A stretch of 64,000 nucleotides of DNA from NCBI GenBank assembly GCA_951406725.2, contig OX597824.1:84692001-84756000 (forward strand), written 5' to 3'. The notes below the pieces were generated by a model that saw only the letters and a list, made by a program, of their open reading frames with translations, did no database searches and was not told the DNA's origin. Numbering within the stretch: the first letter of the stretch is position 1; each line of letters begins with the position of its first letter. Shown in pieces: positions 39,958 through 53,397 of this stretch. The translations under genes and the position numbers were made by a program. This DNA comes from Octopus vulgaris (lineage: Eukaryota).

Positions 39958-42900
39958 TTAAAAATATTCACATGATAGGAAGTGATATAAACACCATTAA
40001 CTCTTGCACAGTGATCTGTTTGCAGTGGAAATGTCACATAGCTCAATTCTAAGCACACAGCAGATTGTAAGATATATCTGTATGAGCCAAAAAATAAGAC
40101 TAAGAGATTGAATTAGTAGAAAAGAAAAATGAAAATAATATGGTGTTCATCTTATAAGAAGTGACATAAGCATCATAATCAGCATCATTTAATGTCCTCT
40201 CTCCATGCTGGTAGGATGTTAAATGATGATGATGCTGAAAATACTTATGTTATCATAAATATTTGCAGAGAAGATGATTTAAAAGAAAAAGTTTAAGCTG
40301 GAGTCCAAACTTCTCCTGACAACAATGTATTCTTTTGATGTAATTTATGATGATCATAATAAGGGTTTCATAGCCACAAATTAAAAGCTGATCTTAATCA
40401 TGCCTCAGAAATGAACTATCTATTGTGTTAGTAAAACAATAGAAATGAAGAAATAACAATGGAGGTCACACAATGTCCACTAAATATTACCACTGATACA
40501 ATACTGAAAGTTTCTTTTTCTTAATTTTTTTTCTTCCAACAGCTCATGTACTGCCCTTTCTTTTATACTGAAAGAGTTACTACACTTTGTTTTCTGTATT
40601 TTCATCCTCTGTCAAGATAACAAGGGGAAATTTGGACACAGACAGAGGTCATATAAAGGAGTTTGTGAAATGTTACTAAGTATAAATGCTTCTCTTTGTC
40701 CCACTCCTTCATTCTGCCATATCTTCACTTACTACCAAGTGCCCGGCTAACAACTATCTTTTTCTACTCATTAAAGAGCAATATCTTGAAGCATCAAACC
40801 TTCCACTCCTCATAGCAAATGAAATTATTGACATCCTATAAACTCAATTTGAAACAATTATTGCAATCAGGCTCCATAGATTCTGGACGTAATTTTCTTG
40901 CATTGTAGACAATGATGGACATCATATGTATATTCCATTAATCATAGAATGACATGGTAATTTTCTATTGTAATGTCTTTCAAACTTGATAATTAAATTT
41001 GCTCTTGTTCATAAGAATATTGTGATCTGTCGGAGTTTACACCATCACCCACCCTTAAGGTACAAGCAGCACCAAGAATATTTATTCAGGATCTTAACCA
41101 CAGTCTCTTGTTTGAAGAGGCCTGTGAGGCACCAGTATTACTTGATAAAATCAACCCCAGTACTTGAATGATACCTTAATTTTTTCAGCCTTTCAGGACT
41201 ATTTGCCTATTTGCTCACTACTAAGAAAGAGTAATAGATAAAAATAACAAATAGAATAAACTACAAAATAATGAACATGCTGTATGGCAACCAAATTAAT
41301 GTTATCGTGGTTAACTCAATTTTTACAATTAATTCATCAAGAATAAATATGAGACTGACATTTTAAGTTAATTAGAAATTAAGAATCTTATTTTTAATCA
41401 GTTCTTATATCAGCTTTGACTCATGCTGTCTTATCATCATCGTTTAATGTCCGCTTTCCATGCTAGCATGGGTTGGACGATTTTGACTGAGGGCTGGCGA
41501 ACCAGATGGCTGCGCCAGGCTCCAATCTTGATCTGGCAGAGTTTCTACAGCTGGATGCCCTTCCTAACACCAACCACTCTGAGAGTGTAGTGGGTGCTTT
41601 TTATGTGCCACCGGCACAGGCGCCAGTCAGGCGGTACTGGCAACGACCTCGCTAGGTTAGTTAAATTAGTAGCATTTGATGTATTGATATAAATTTATGG
41701 CACAGATATTTTATACCTGGATGCTCTTCCTCTGGAATGATCAATGAAGTAGGTATATGAATGCTCCTTTTTTTTTTTGGTTTTTTAAATGACAAGGGAC
41801 CAGGTGTTGTGGTGATTTGTTGTACTTGAGAAGATGCATCAAGCTAAGTAAAATCATTGCCATCCATACATACAGGCTGGTCCTTTACAGGTGCCAGAGC
41901 CACATAAAATGCATTCATGCCAGTGCTGCATAAATGCATCCATGCCAGTGACATGTAAAAAGCACCCAGCATTCTCTGCAAAGTGGTTGGCATTAGGAAA
42001 GGCATCTAGCAGTAGAAACCATGCCACAACAGACAATTGGAGTCTGGACAGCTGGTCAGCTACATGTCAAACCATCCAACCCATGCCAGCATGGAAAATG
42101 AACAGATGATGATGATGATGATGAGTTAACTGAGTTAAGTAGGATAATCTAATCTGCCTAACACCACTAGGCAACAACATTGTCAGAATTTGAATTTATG
42201 ACTGTGGGTTCAGCAGTTCAATATATGTACTGGTACAGATACCATCTCAATTCTGAATTTTAGATAAGACTAAAAGTAAACAAAATAATAAGCCTCTTTG
42301 ACAAGACATGAGAACAATTTGTGCTGTATAATTAATTAAGTGTACACTGATAATACTTCACAACATTCACACCTCCTCATACACCAAAGGGCAGCATACA
42401 AGTAGATAACAGTAAGGGACTACACAACCCATTTTAATAAAGACATGGTTTTGGTCATCTCCTCTACTTCAGTAGTAAAACAAAATAGATTTCTCTCACC
42501 CTTTTCTTTCTCTCTCTCTCTTTTTTTACATAAGTTTTAGATATAAAAGAGATAAAGATAGCAATTAATTTGTAGATTCATCTTGTCAGGAACTTAATAT
42601 CTACTGTACAACACACAATACATGTGGAATTTACAGTCTTGACCTTAAAAAGCACAGCTAATATGGTCATTGATATCCTAACATGATTTACAAGAGAAAA
42701 GCTGTATATTTGAACAGCTGGCCATTAACACCTTTTAAGTCCTTATTCTTAAGTTGCTTTTATCTGTTGCTACACTTTAGCTGTTTCAACATCTATTTTA
42801 CTCTAGTTTTTGCTTCAAGTCTGAAATCTGAACTATTTTATGACTAGGGGTACCCCTTCTTTATATAACCTATACCAAACTTACTGTTATGTACCAGTGT

Positions 42901-44559
42901 AAGGCAAACAACTCAGTTGCTAAAACATCTATAATTTAGTATGTGAATATATTTCACAGATGATCACAGCATTACCTAAGCATCTTGTCATACAATTTGA
43001 CAGGAGCTGACATGACATTCTAATTTCTTAAGATAACAAAAAATGCTTTCTTCCATTATATACCTTCTATTTCAGCAGAAAAAGGTCAGAAAATTCACCT
43101 AATATAACATGGAAAATTACAAGCATTACTATGTGTGTGAATGGTGTGTGTGTGTGTGTGTGTATTCAAACACACACACACACATGTATAAAGTCACACA
43201 GGGGCGGGATTATCAGATGTCATGGATCATTATCATTACAGAAACATTTAAGGAATTCTATAAATATATGTCAAAATGCATTCAAGTGGATGTTGTTGTT
43301 GTTGGTATGTGTGAGTTTTACATCACCATCTTCCACTATTTAATTTCAAATTTCCCGGTTTGGCAAATTAAAAGCTAAAAATAAAACCACATTTTTTGCA
43401 AATATTTTCTAAATCACACATCCAAAATCTGCAAGTTTTTTTTATAATCTTTTTTTTTCTATTTTCTTTATAATGACATTTGAAAGTTTAAATTTCTGAA
43501 ATTTCATAAACAATATATATATAAATAAAAAGTAAGTTAATTTAAAGAAATTCTATTGGAAGTAACACCCAATTAAAGTACTTATGAGTTTAAAATTAGG
43601 AACAAAATATCTTGGGTGGAGAATAAAAAAGAAGAGTTATTGCAAATATGCATTCTACAAGTCAATATCTGATTTAAAATCTTGAGTTTTTGATGAAAAG
43701 CCAAAATGTGATCATAAATTCTTCTTGTCCATAAGGTATGAGGTGGTATTCATAAACACATTACGTAGGCGCAATTAAATTTATTAGATTTTAAGTTGTG
43801 ACATATATTTCTTTTTATCTTTAATGAAAAGTAAGTTTTATTTAATTAGTAAAACAAGAATGTTTAGGTATTTATTTGTGTGTAAATATAAAATGCACAC
43901 ATACAAATATACATTTGTTTAAGCTAAAATGTGAGCTGGTGTATACTTAAGTATATATATATGAATATATGCACACACATTATTAAAAATATGTATAATT
44001 AATATATATATAGACATTTTCTTTTTATTATTAAGCTATATGATGGCATGCAGTTTTGACATTAATTCATAAGTGGTTACAAATGTTTGAGGGGAGGTCT
44101 GTATGTAAATATTTCAACACTGAAAATATGTACAGAATGTAAGTAATTACTTAATATACACCCCCACCCCACTCACACACACACACACATGAAAGCCAAA
44201 GGCTGTTGACAGAGAATGAAGAACAAAAAGTAGGGTCATTCAAACCACCTATCTACCCTATAGAATAAACAGGCACACACATTAGGATGGATATGCAGGC
44301 AGTTCATATGCTAAACTCTTATATACAATACCTTCATGATTGTCCATTTACAAAAATTGTGTATACATATCTAGCAAACTATAATTATAAATAAACAGTA
44401 TATCTATTCATTGAGACTATCCTTCTTTGAGATCTTCATTTCCATTTCTTTAGATAAAAATCTTTTTATGGGAGAAAAGGTATGTTTTGGTGAAAGAGAG
44501 AAATAGAATATTAAGAAGAGTCAATGTTTGAACACGGTGTTCTTTCATGAAAAACCTCA

Positions 44560-45500
44560 GAATTTAAGATTAAAAAGGAGTTAATCAAGGTTGGGTATTA
44601 TCCTCTTTTCTATTTAACTTATACACTGAGATTTTCAAAGAAGTAGAAGACAAGCCAAGAGTGTAATCATAATAAATGACAATGGAATCTAAAATGAATG
44701 TAAAGAAAATAAAATCAGTGATAATCAGTAAGAAGCAACAGCCACTAAAAAATAAATATTACAATTGAGGGAAACAGACATCAAAGATAATATACCTGGG
44801 TTTATAAGGCAAACAGAAGAAACCGAAAGGACAGTGAGAGCTAGAAAGTCATTTGAGAAAAAAAATTGTCAAACATGCTAATATTAAGAAACATTGTTAT
44901 CAAAACCAGAAAAAAAGGACATTAATCCTTTTACTACCATATTTCTGTTGAAATACACTGTTTTTATTTCAATTAATTTTGAAAAGAATGAAGAACTTAG
45001 TAAAATAATATTGCCATAATTAGGCTGAAATATAGAACATAAGTTAATAAAAAATGTTGAATGAAGGTTTTAATTTAGTTCACTTTAAAATAGGAAGCTT
45101 ATGTCACAAAACTGCCTCAAGCAGTTTTGTATCAAAAGACTTAAAATGTTATGTATGGCTGACTTTACTATAAGGAGCTGAAACATGGGTATTTTCAAAA
45201 CTACTGTCTAATAAATTGAATGTCTTTGGGATGCAGGCATATAAAAGAGAATATGGACAAAACGCAAAACCAATGAGGAAATATTGAAAATGGTTAAAAA
45301 CCAAGAGAATTTTATTTGATGCTATCAAAGAGAGAAAAGTAAAATATTTTGCACAAACTAGAAAAAAAAAGTGGTTTATGGGGACTTAATAGAAGGCAAA
45401 ATGAATGGGAAGTAAAAAAAAAAAAAAATTACTTGGATGTATGATATCAAGATAGGGATCCATGGTATTCGACCTGCAAAGAGCAGATGTTACTTGACGA
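44560..45500 (+). mobile_element. Old RTE-like LINE reverse transcriptase fragment interrupted by a TTAA MITE (44926-45140)
   Basis: GVNQGWVLSSFLFNLYTE at about 44577; removing the MITE and one TTAA restores KRTLKCYVW, followed by GAETW. Confidence 0.7.
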
Positions 45501-46314
45501 TAATGATACTGTATAAATAAAAAGAAATAAATAGAAGTGTAGGGGGGACCTAGTAGTAGAATAGTTTCAGAATGTATGTATGTATGTATGCATGTATGTG
45601 TGTGTGTGTGTGTGTGCGTGTGTGTGCGTGTGTGAATGAGAGAGAGAGAGAGAGAGAGTAAATACTATGGGCACCAAATAGAATGAGCTGAACATTATAA
45701 AGTAATTTTGAGTATTAATTTATAAATACCCAGGATAATAGAATGTTAGAAATAGTACAAAGCCAAATTAAATGCTTAATTCAATTTTAGCCATTCTATA
45801 ATCAGAAGTCAAAACACATTGACGTCAACTTTACCTTTCAGTACAATGAATACCAGTTATGTACTGGAGTAAATGAAACAAGTACCAATCAATTTAAAAG
45901 ACTGAGCTACAATTCCTTGATCATGTACCAATCTAAAAACAAACAAGCAAATAACATAAATGTTATTTAAATGAACATATACTATGTCTATAAATAGTGA
46001 AGAAAATGTGAAAAGTGCAATTATTGAAGAAGTTTGCAAGGGCCATTAAAATCAGAAATATCTAGCGATTCTTGCCACAACAAATGATTGGTAAACTTTA
46101 AAAATTTGGATTTTTCTGTTTCTTAAATACCTGAGAGGTGCTATTCTATCTTTTATCTTTTACTTGTTTCAGTCATTGGGCTGTGACCATGTTGGAGCAT
46201 TGCCTTGACTGGTTTAGTTGAACAAATTTACCTCTGTACTAATTTTTAAAGTTTGCTACTTATTCTATCAGACTCTTTTGCTGAACCACTAGGCTACAGG
46301 TATATATATATATG

Positions 46315-46357
<43 letters not shown>

Positions 46358-46358
<1 letters not shown>

Positions 46359-46735
46359 GGCGCAGACATGGACGTGTGGTAAGAAGCTTGCTTCCCAGCC
46401 ACTTGGTCCCATGTTCAGTGCCGCTATATGGCACCTTGGGCAAGTGCCTTCTACTACTGCTTTGAGCCAACCAAAACCTTGTGAATGGATTTGGTAGATG
46501 GAAACTGAAAGAAGCTTGTCATATATATATGTCTACATGTTTCGTATCTGTTTTCCCACCACATCCGCTTGACAACCAGTGCATAGATCCCCGTAACTTA
46601 GCAGTTCGGCAAAAAAGGCTGAAAGTATAAGTACCAGACTCTAAAAAAGATACTGGAGTCAATACATTCGACTAAAAATTCTTCAAGGTGGTGTCCCAGC
46701 ATGGCCACAGTCTAATGACTGAAACAGGTAAATAG
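46358..46735 (+). mobile_element. tRNA-SINE copy, preceded by an inverted partial copy at 46150-46300
   Basis: Homologous to 62701-63105. Confidence 0.85.
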
Positions 46736-48110
46736 AAAAAAAGAAGAAAAAAAACACTGTTTGTCAAGGTAGTGGGTGGAGGCACAAAACTAAACACACA
46801 CATATATATATATATATATATAAAATATATATCTGATTAGCTTCTACACAGTTTCTAGTTACGAAATTCACTCACAAGGCATTGGTTGACCCAAGACTAT
46901 AGTAGAAGAGACTTGCCCAAGGTATTGCACAAACTGAAGAGTAATACCTTCAACAAATGAAGGAGTCATACCAAGTTCCCTCTAGATAGGATATAGTAGA
47001 AAAAAAGAATTATTATTTATCTGCACTACTATGACAATCACTACAAACTGGTACTGTTGCTGCTACTACAAATGTACTAGTAACTGCAATAAAATAAACA
47101 TAAAACTAAATAATGAGAGGTGTTAGTAATAAATGTCCTCTTTTTTAGCCTTCAGAAATTTAGCATAAACTTATGAACAGGACTGGTCAATTGAACTTTG
47201 ACCTCTGTCAACTGATACAAATTTTTTTTTTTCGAAAACCTACTACAATACAGAAGTGAGCCAACTTAAAGCTACCAAGCCTAGTCCTCTCCAAATAAAA
47301 TATTTAAAAAAAGTATTATATATCTCAATGTACATGAAGATGATGATAATGGTGGTGATGGTAATGATATTCATACTCCTTCACTTGAATAAGTGGAAAA
47401 CCATTACCAGCATTTGATACCAGATGGCAACTCATCAGTTTTCAAGCCTTCTAAGTTCTTTTTTTTTTTTTATCAATGACCTTATCTTAAAAGGTTACAG
47501 AATACATGCTTATTTCAGTGAGCAAAACTAGGATGATGATCACGATGATGCTGATAGCTGTTGTTGTCATTATAGCAGTCATCATCTTATCATCATCACG
47601 ATCAGCCTGTTTCCCATGCTGGCGTGGGTTAGATGGGTCATCACGGGCCATATTAGTTCTTAATCTTTGGAGTTACTACTCCCCTGTCAAGGTAGCAGGA
47701 GGAGGAGAAGGAGTGATGTTTTGTTCATACATTTCCTTTGGGCATAATTACTACAGCCAGATTGCTTTTCTTAACTCCTACTATTTTACAGTGTGCTGGG
47801 GTGTTTTTATCATGACACCTGCACAAGAGAGCTTGTTTTTTCCTTAAAAAGACAAAAAGAGTCCTGTCTACTCAATGCTATATCTGTTCAAGGCAAATGT
47901 AAATGAGAAGGTGAATAGAAGAAAGGGAATGAGCGTGATGGTTGAAACGGAATAATGGAAGAGAGACAGTAATGGACAGCTACATTCAGAAGGGGAGACA
48001 GGGCAATGAAAGAAGTAGTAATGGAAGTAGAGAAGATTGATGACCTAACAGAAGAGAGGGAGAGTGAAATTGAATATGTGTAGATTTAGTGCCAGTGGAA
48101 GGTAAAATTG

Positions 48111-48409
48111 GTGGAGGCACATGGCCTAGTGGTTAGAGCAGCGAACTCGCAGTCGAGGGATCGCAGGTTCAAATCTCAGACGGGGCGATGTGTGTGTTTA
48201 TGAGCGAAACACTTAAGCTCCACGCGCTCCGGCAGAAGGTAATGGCAAATTTCTGCTGATTCTTTTGCCACAACTTTCTCTCACTCTTTCCTCCTGCATC
48301 TTGCAGCTCACCTGCAACGGACCAGCATCCCATCCAGGTGGGGAACCTATACGCCAAGGAAACCGGGAAACTGGCTCTTATAAGCCAAGCATGGCTCGAG
48401 AAGGAAAAC
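48111..48409 (+). mobile_element. tRNA-derived SINE (same family as 16051) with TSD
   Basis: Colinear with 16051-16355; TSD aaggtaaaattg on both sides. Confidence 0.9.
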
Positions 48410-49004
48410 AAGGTAAAATTGAATATGTGTAGATTTAGTGCCATCATTCACTACACAGCATAGTACAGCGATTAGGAGAGAAGATGAGTGACAGATGAGA
48501 GAGTAAAGAAGGGAGCTGTAGGTACACTCAGTAGAAATATATTGGATGAGAGACCTAAATGTAAGTATGTTATAAATCCCAAACACTATTTTACTGACCA
48601 TTCTGCCATGCTTGCATGAATAAGATCTTCTCCACTATCATGCATTACTAGTTATCATAATCCTTTGTCATCTCATTTGTGAAGTTCAACTTTTTGAGGT
48701 TGATCTTCACCATATCTGTTGTAAAATTCATTCAATAATCTTTGGAAAAGAAATGAATTAAGACATCTCATTCTCCAATCTTTTAAAATATGAAATTTAA
48801 ATGAGAAATATCAGCTTACTTTCATGATGTTGTGATGCAGAAAAAAAAGAGAGTTAAAAACATTTTTCTTCAAAAGCAATAAAACCAGGAGGGGAAAAGA
48901 ATCCCTGCCCTATTGTGAAAGATTTGACTCTTGAAGCCAACCAAATACACAAAAACAGTAACAGCAAATGACATGGCTCAGAAAATTTGAGAATGTTATC
49001 ATAG

Positions 49005-49176
49005 ACACAAACATGGTTGTGTGGTAAGAAGCTTGCTTCCCAACCACATGGTTCTGGGTTCAGTTCCACTCTGCAGCAACTTGAGCATCTGTCTTCTACT
49101 ATAGCCCTAGGTTGACCAAAGCATTGAAAGTGGATTTGAGAGATAGAAACTGAAAGAAGCGTATTGTATGTATGTA

Positions 49177-49234
<58 letters not shown>

Positions 49235-49410
49235 AACACACACACCTATGTGTGTCTGTCCCCCATCAGCATTTGACAACAGGTGTTGGTTTGTAAGCTA
49301 GCAGTCTAGCAAAAACTTTTAAGTACTGGGGTTGACTTGTTTGGCTAAACTTTTCAAGGTGGTGCCCCAGCATGGCCACAGTCCAATGACTGAAAAGAGT
49401 AAAGGATAAA
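49005..49410 (+). mobile_element. tRNA-SINE copy
   Basis: Homologous to 62701-63105; further partial copies at 50325-50668 (-) and 60270-60610 (+). Confidence 0.85.
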
Positions 49411-50054
49411 AGATTTCTTTAAAATCTAGCTTCAATCATCATAACTCTTCCCATAGTATCCCAAATACATGAAAGAAAAGCATTTAAATGTATTTTTTAC
49501 ATTAGGATAAGGATTTTAAACATTGGATAGAGGTATTACGAATGGGTTAAGCGCATATTTTAACAATATGAACTCTTATCTAATAGTTATTGGCTTACAC
49601 GTGTAAAATAAACAACACTGCATTAATAGGACATGTAATTTTTAATCTTTTATATGGCACCACCTTGAAGAATTACAGTCAAATGAACAAATCCCAGTTG
49701 TTAATATTTTTAAGCCTGATATTTATTCTATTAGTTTCTTTTGCCAAACCACTAAGTTACAGGAACATAAACACATCAATGCCAGATGACAAGTGGTAGT
49801 AGTGGACACACACACACACACACACACATATACATATAAAGGTAGTTAGGGTAAATCCCAGCTGTTTCCTCTTGAAATACATCTGCCTATTCCATTATTA
49901 CAATCAATATGTATGTATGTTTGCCGCTGTATGCTAGTCAAAATATTAAAATGGGGAATTATGGAAATATTATTTGCAGAGTGGTACATCAGCATGGCTG
50001 CAGATCTGAGCTGAAACTAGAGAAAAAAAAAGAAAGAGTTATTGTTTAACAAAT

Positions 50055-50277
50055 CAGGAAAGTGGACATTTTTTTGGTAATATTTATTCTCCATTACACA
50101 TGTTTCATTTGTTAATAGGAGTTACAAGGATTAACATGTTAAATAGATATGCAAGGAATTTCCTATTAGAAATTCCTTGTATATCTTATCTAACATGAAA
50201 AATTTTTGTGACTCCTATTAGCAAATGAAACATGTGTAATGGAGAATAAATATTACCAAAAAACTTCCACTTTCCTG
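50055..50277. repeat. Fold-back element (~105-bp arms)
   Basis: caggaaagtgga..ttggtaatatttattctccattacacatgtttcatttg.. versus ..caaatgaaacatgtgtaatggagaataaatattaccaa..tccactttcctg; loop near 50165. Confidence 0.9.
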
Positions 50278-50284
50278 TTTTGTG

Positions 50285-50325
<41 letters not shown>

Positions 50326-50478
50326 ATGGGCTTCCATCAGTTTCTGTCAACCAAATCCATTCACAAGGCTTTGGGTGGCCCAAAGCTATAGTAAAATACA
50401 CTTGCCCAAGGTGCCATACAGTGGGACTGAACCCGAAACCATGTGGTTGGTAAGCAAGCTTCTTACCACACAGTCACA

Positions 50479-50528
<50 letters not shown>

Positions 50529-50860
50529 GTTTCTTTCAGTTTCTGTCTACTAAATCCACTCATAAAGCTTTGATCAGCCTGAGGCTATAGCAGAAGGTGC
50601 CATGCAGTGGGACTGAACATGGAACTATGTGGTTGGGAAACAAACTTCCTACCACACACCCATGCCTGTAATGTTTATTATTAGTGTTATTGTGATGTGT
50701 ATATTTAAATTAGTTTATATAAAGAATGCTTCACTAATAGTTCAGATGATTCTGTAAGAATTTCAGCTAAATGAATTGGGTACAGCTAGAATTCAATGCT
50801 GGCAGCCAGCTGATCCTTAGTAATTTACTACTGAATTACTTCAAACAAGTTATTGGATCT

Positions 50861-51842
50861 CATCATCATCATCATCATCATCATTTAACGTCCGCTTTCC
50901 ATGCTAGCATGGGTTGGACGGTTCAACTGGGGTCTGGGGAGCCCGAAAGCTGCACAAGTCCAGTCAGATCTGGCAGTGTTTCTACAGCTGGATGCCCTTC
51001 CTAACGCCAACCACTCCGAGAGTGTAGTGGGTGATTTTATGTGCCACCGACACAGGTGCCAGACGAGGCTGGCAAACGGCCACGCTCGGATGGTGTTTTT
51101 TATGTGCCACCGACACAGGTGCCAGACGAGGCTGGCAGACGGCCACGCTCGGATGGTGTTTTTATGTGCCACCGACACAGGTGCCAGATGAGGCTGGCAA
51201 ACGGCCACGATCGGATGGTGTTTGTTACGTGCCCACAGCACGGAGGCCAGTCGATGCGGTACTGGCTACGGCCACGTTCGGATGGTTTTCTTGTGTGCCA
51301 CGTGCCACCGGCACTGGTACCACAAAGATACAAATTCCATTGATGTTCATCTATTTTGATTTGTTTTGATTTTCACTTGCCTCAACAGGTCTTCACAAGT
51401 GTCACAAGAAGGAAGGTATGCACAGGTGGACTGACTACGTCCCAGGTAGGGGCCACAGGTTATGGCCTGACTAGTCTTGCCGGGTCTTCGGATGGTGTTT
51501 TTATGTGCCACCGACACAGGTGCCAGATGAGGCTGGCGAACGGCCACGATCGGATGGTGTTTGTTACGTGCCCACAGCACGGAGGCCAGTCGGTGCGGTA
51601 CTGGCTACGGCCACGTTCGGATGGTTTTCTTGTGTGCCACCGGCACTGGTACCACAAAGATACAATTCCATTAATGTTCATCTATTTTGATTTGTTTTGA
51701 TTTGATTTGATTTGATTTGTTTTGATTTCATTTTGATTTTCACTTGCCTCAACAGGCCTTCACAAGTATCACAAGGAGGAAGGTATGCACAGGTGGACTG
51801 ACTACGTCCCAGGTAGGGGCCATGGGATATGGCCTGACTAGT
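50861..51842 (-). mobile_element. RTE-tail SINE-like element with amplified ~61-bp internal minisatellite and a ~340-bp tandem duplication
   Basis: Units ttttatgtgccaccgacacaggtgccagacgaggctggcaaacggccacgctcggatggtg; about 51150-51473 is repeated at about 51488-51842. Confidence 0.85.
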
Positions 51843-51981
51843 AAAGTATAAATAAATTACTTAACATCTAAGATTACAATATAAATAATATGAGATATTA
51901 TAAGCAAATTAGCTAGTAAGAAAAAATCTTTATAAGAGATTAAAGTAGTAACTATACTGGGAAGTAATGTTTATCACCACA

Positions 51982-52306
51982 TCAATATGGCTGTTCTGTA
52001 GGAACCAACATTACCACGGTTTTTAACCCCAAGAGGAGCTTCCTCCAGCTGGTTAGCGATGTAATCTGCACCCGATATATATTGTAAGCAGAGGAGCGAA
52101 CCCTTACCATCTAGGTTTTGAACTATTTGTACACAAATAGCTCAAAATCTAGATGGTAGGGGTTTGTCTGCTAGATGATGGTAGGAGTTTGCTCCCCTAC
52201 TTGCAATATATATCGGGTGCAGATTGCATCGATAACTAGCTGGAGGAGGATCCTGCTGGGGTCAAAAATGGTAGAAGTGTCAGTTCCTACAGAACAGCCA
52301 TATTGA
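51982..52306. repeat. Fold-back element (~150-bp arms, 2-nt loop)
   Basis: tcaatatggctgttctgtaggaac...atctgcacccgatatatattg...ctatttgt-ac-acaaatag...caatatatatcgggtgcagat...gttcctacagaacagccatattga. Confidence 0.9.
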
Positions 52307-53078
52307 AGATATTATAAGCATCAATGTGTTAAGTGACCATGGAAGTAAAATAATACAGTTGACTTTGCCTTTCATCCTTTCAGGGTCGATAAATTTAGTA
52401 CCAGTTGTGTACTGGGATCGATCTAATTGACTGGCCCCCTCCCCAAAAATTCCGGGTCTTGTACCTAGAATAGAAAAGAATATACGAGAACCAGGAAAAG
52501 GCAAAAATAACAAAATTCATAGGTTTACCATTCATTTGTTAAGGGATTTGCTGGAAATTTGCTTTTACCACATCTTGTGAATAGATGCACCTTTTGAAGC
52601 GCTTTAAGCATTAGCAACTGAGTTGAAGTGTTTTAGCATTAGCAACTGCTTATACACTTCCTCGTCAGCTGTATATTCCATATTTTCTGTACTATCCCCT
52701 AATATAATAATGAGTGTTGTGTTTTTATATATTTGTGTGTGTATATATATATATATATTTGTCCAGAATCATGCCAGATGCAGAGGAGGAGAGAAAATAG
52801 TAATTCAGTGAAGGAGAAGTAGTGAGAATAATAGCCCTGACTGAGAGGGGGTGAGAGAAAGGAAGGGGTGATAGATGAATAAGAAAGGAAGGGGTGAAAA
52901 AAAAAATCAGTGTTTCAACTCTGTGTGAATATATGTGTGTGTGTGTACAAGGGAAGTATGTTAATGTTTGTAAGTGTGATTATTATGTACTTTATTTATA
53001 TATAAAATACTATAATTAGCCATCATTATTGGCGGCACGTGGTCAACTAGTTTACAAACATAGAATACTGCCATTTAA

Positions 53079-53397
53079 CCCTTTAACATTCAAACTAATT
53101 TTGGGCCATATCCTGCTCAAATATTCTACCTGTTTTATGTTCAAACCAACCAGATCTGGCCTCTCACACCTGCCTTATTCTAAAAATAAACAATCACTCT
53201 AAAAACAAACAAAAATTTCTATAAATAAACAATCACATTCTAAAAATAAACAAAAAATTCTAAAAATAAACAATTACATTCTAAAGATAAACAATCACAT
53301 CATTGAAATCTTGAGGTTATGAGACAATGCAGGATTAATTTAAACAATGTGAATAAGCAAGCATTATGTTTGATAGAGTAATCTGAAAGCTAAAGGG
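53079..53397. mobile_element. TTAA-targeting (piggyBac-type) MITE with internal ~21-bp tandem repeats
   Basis: TTAA|ccctttaacattca ... tgaaagctaaaggg|TTAA; tctaaaaataaacaatcaca units at 53178-53300. Confidence 0.85.

Noticed and set aside
48815-48830. ATGAAA|GTAAGC micro-exon on the minus strand
   Set aside because: Only two codons; such a motif is expected by chance in a 39-kb intron.
51030-51650. CRISPR-like array, or hammerhead in ccagatgaggctggcgaac
   Set aside because: The spacers are homologous to each other, the context is a eukaryotic SINE and there are no cas genes. The motif lacks CUGA and GAAA and is simply a gccag/ctggc hairpin.
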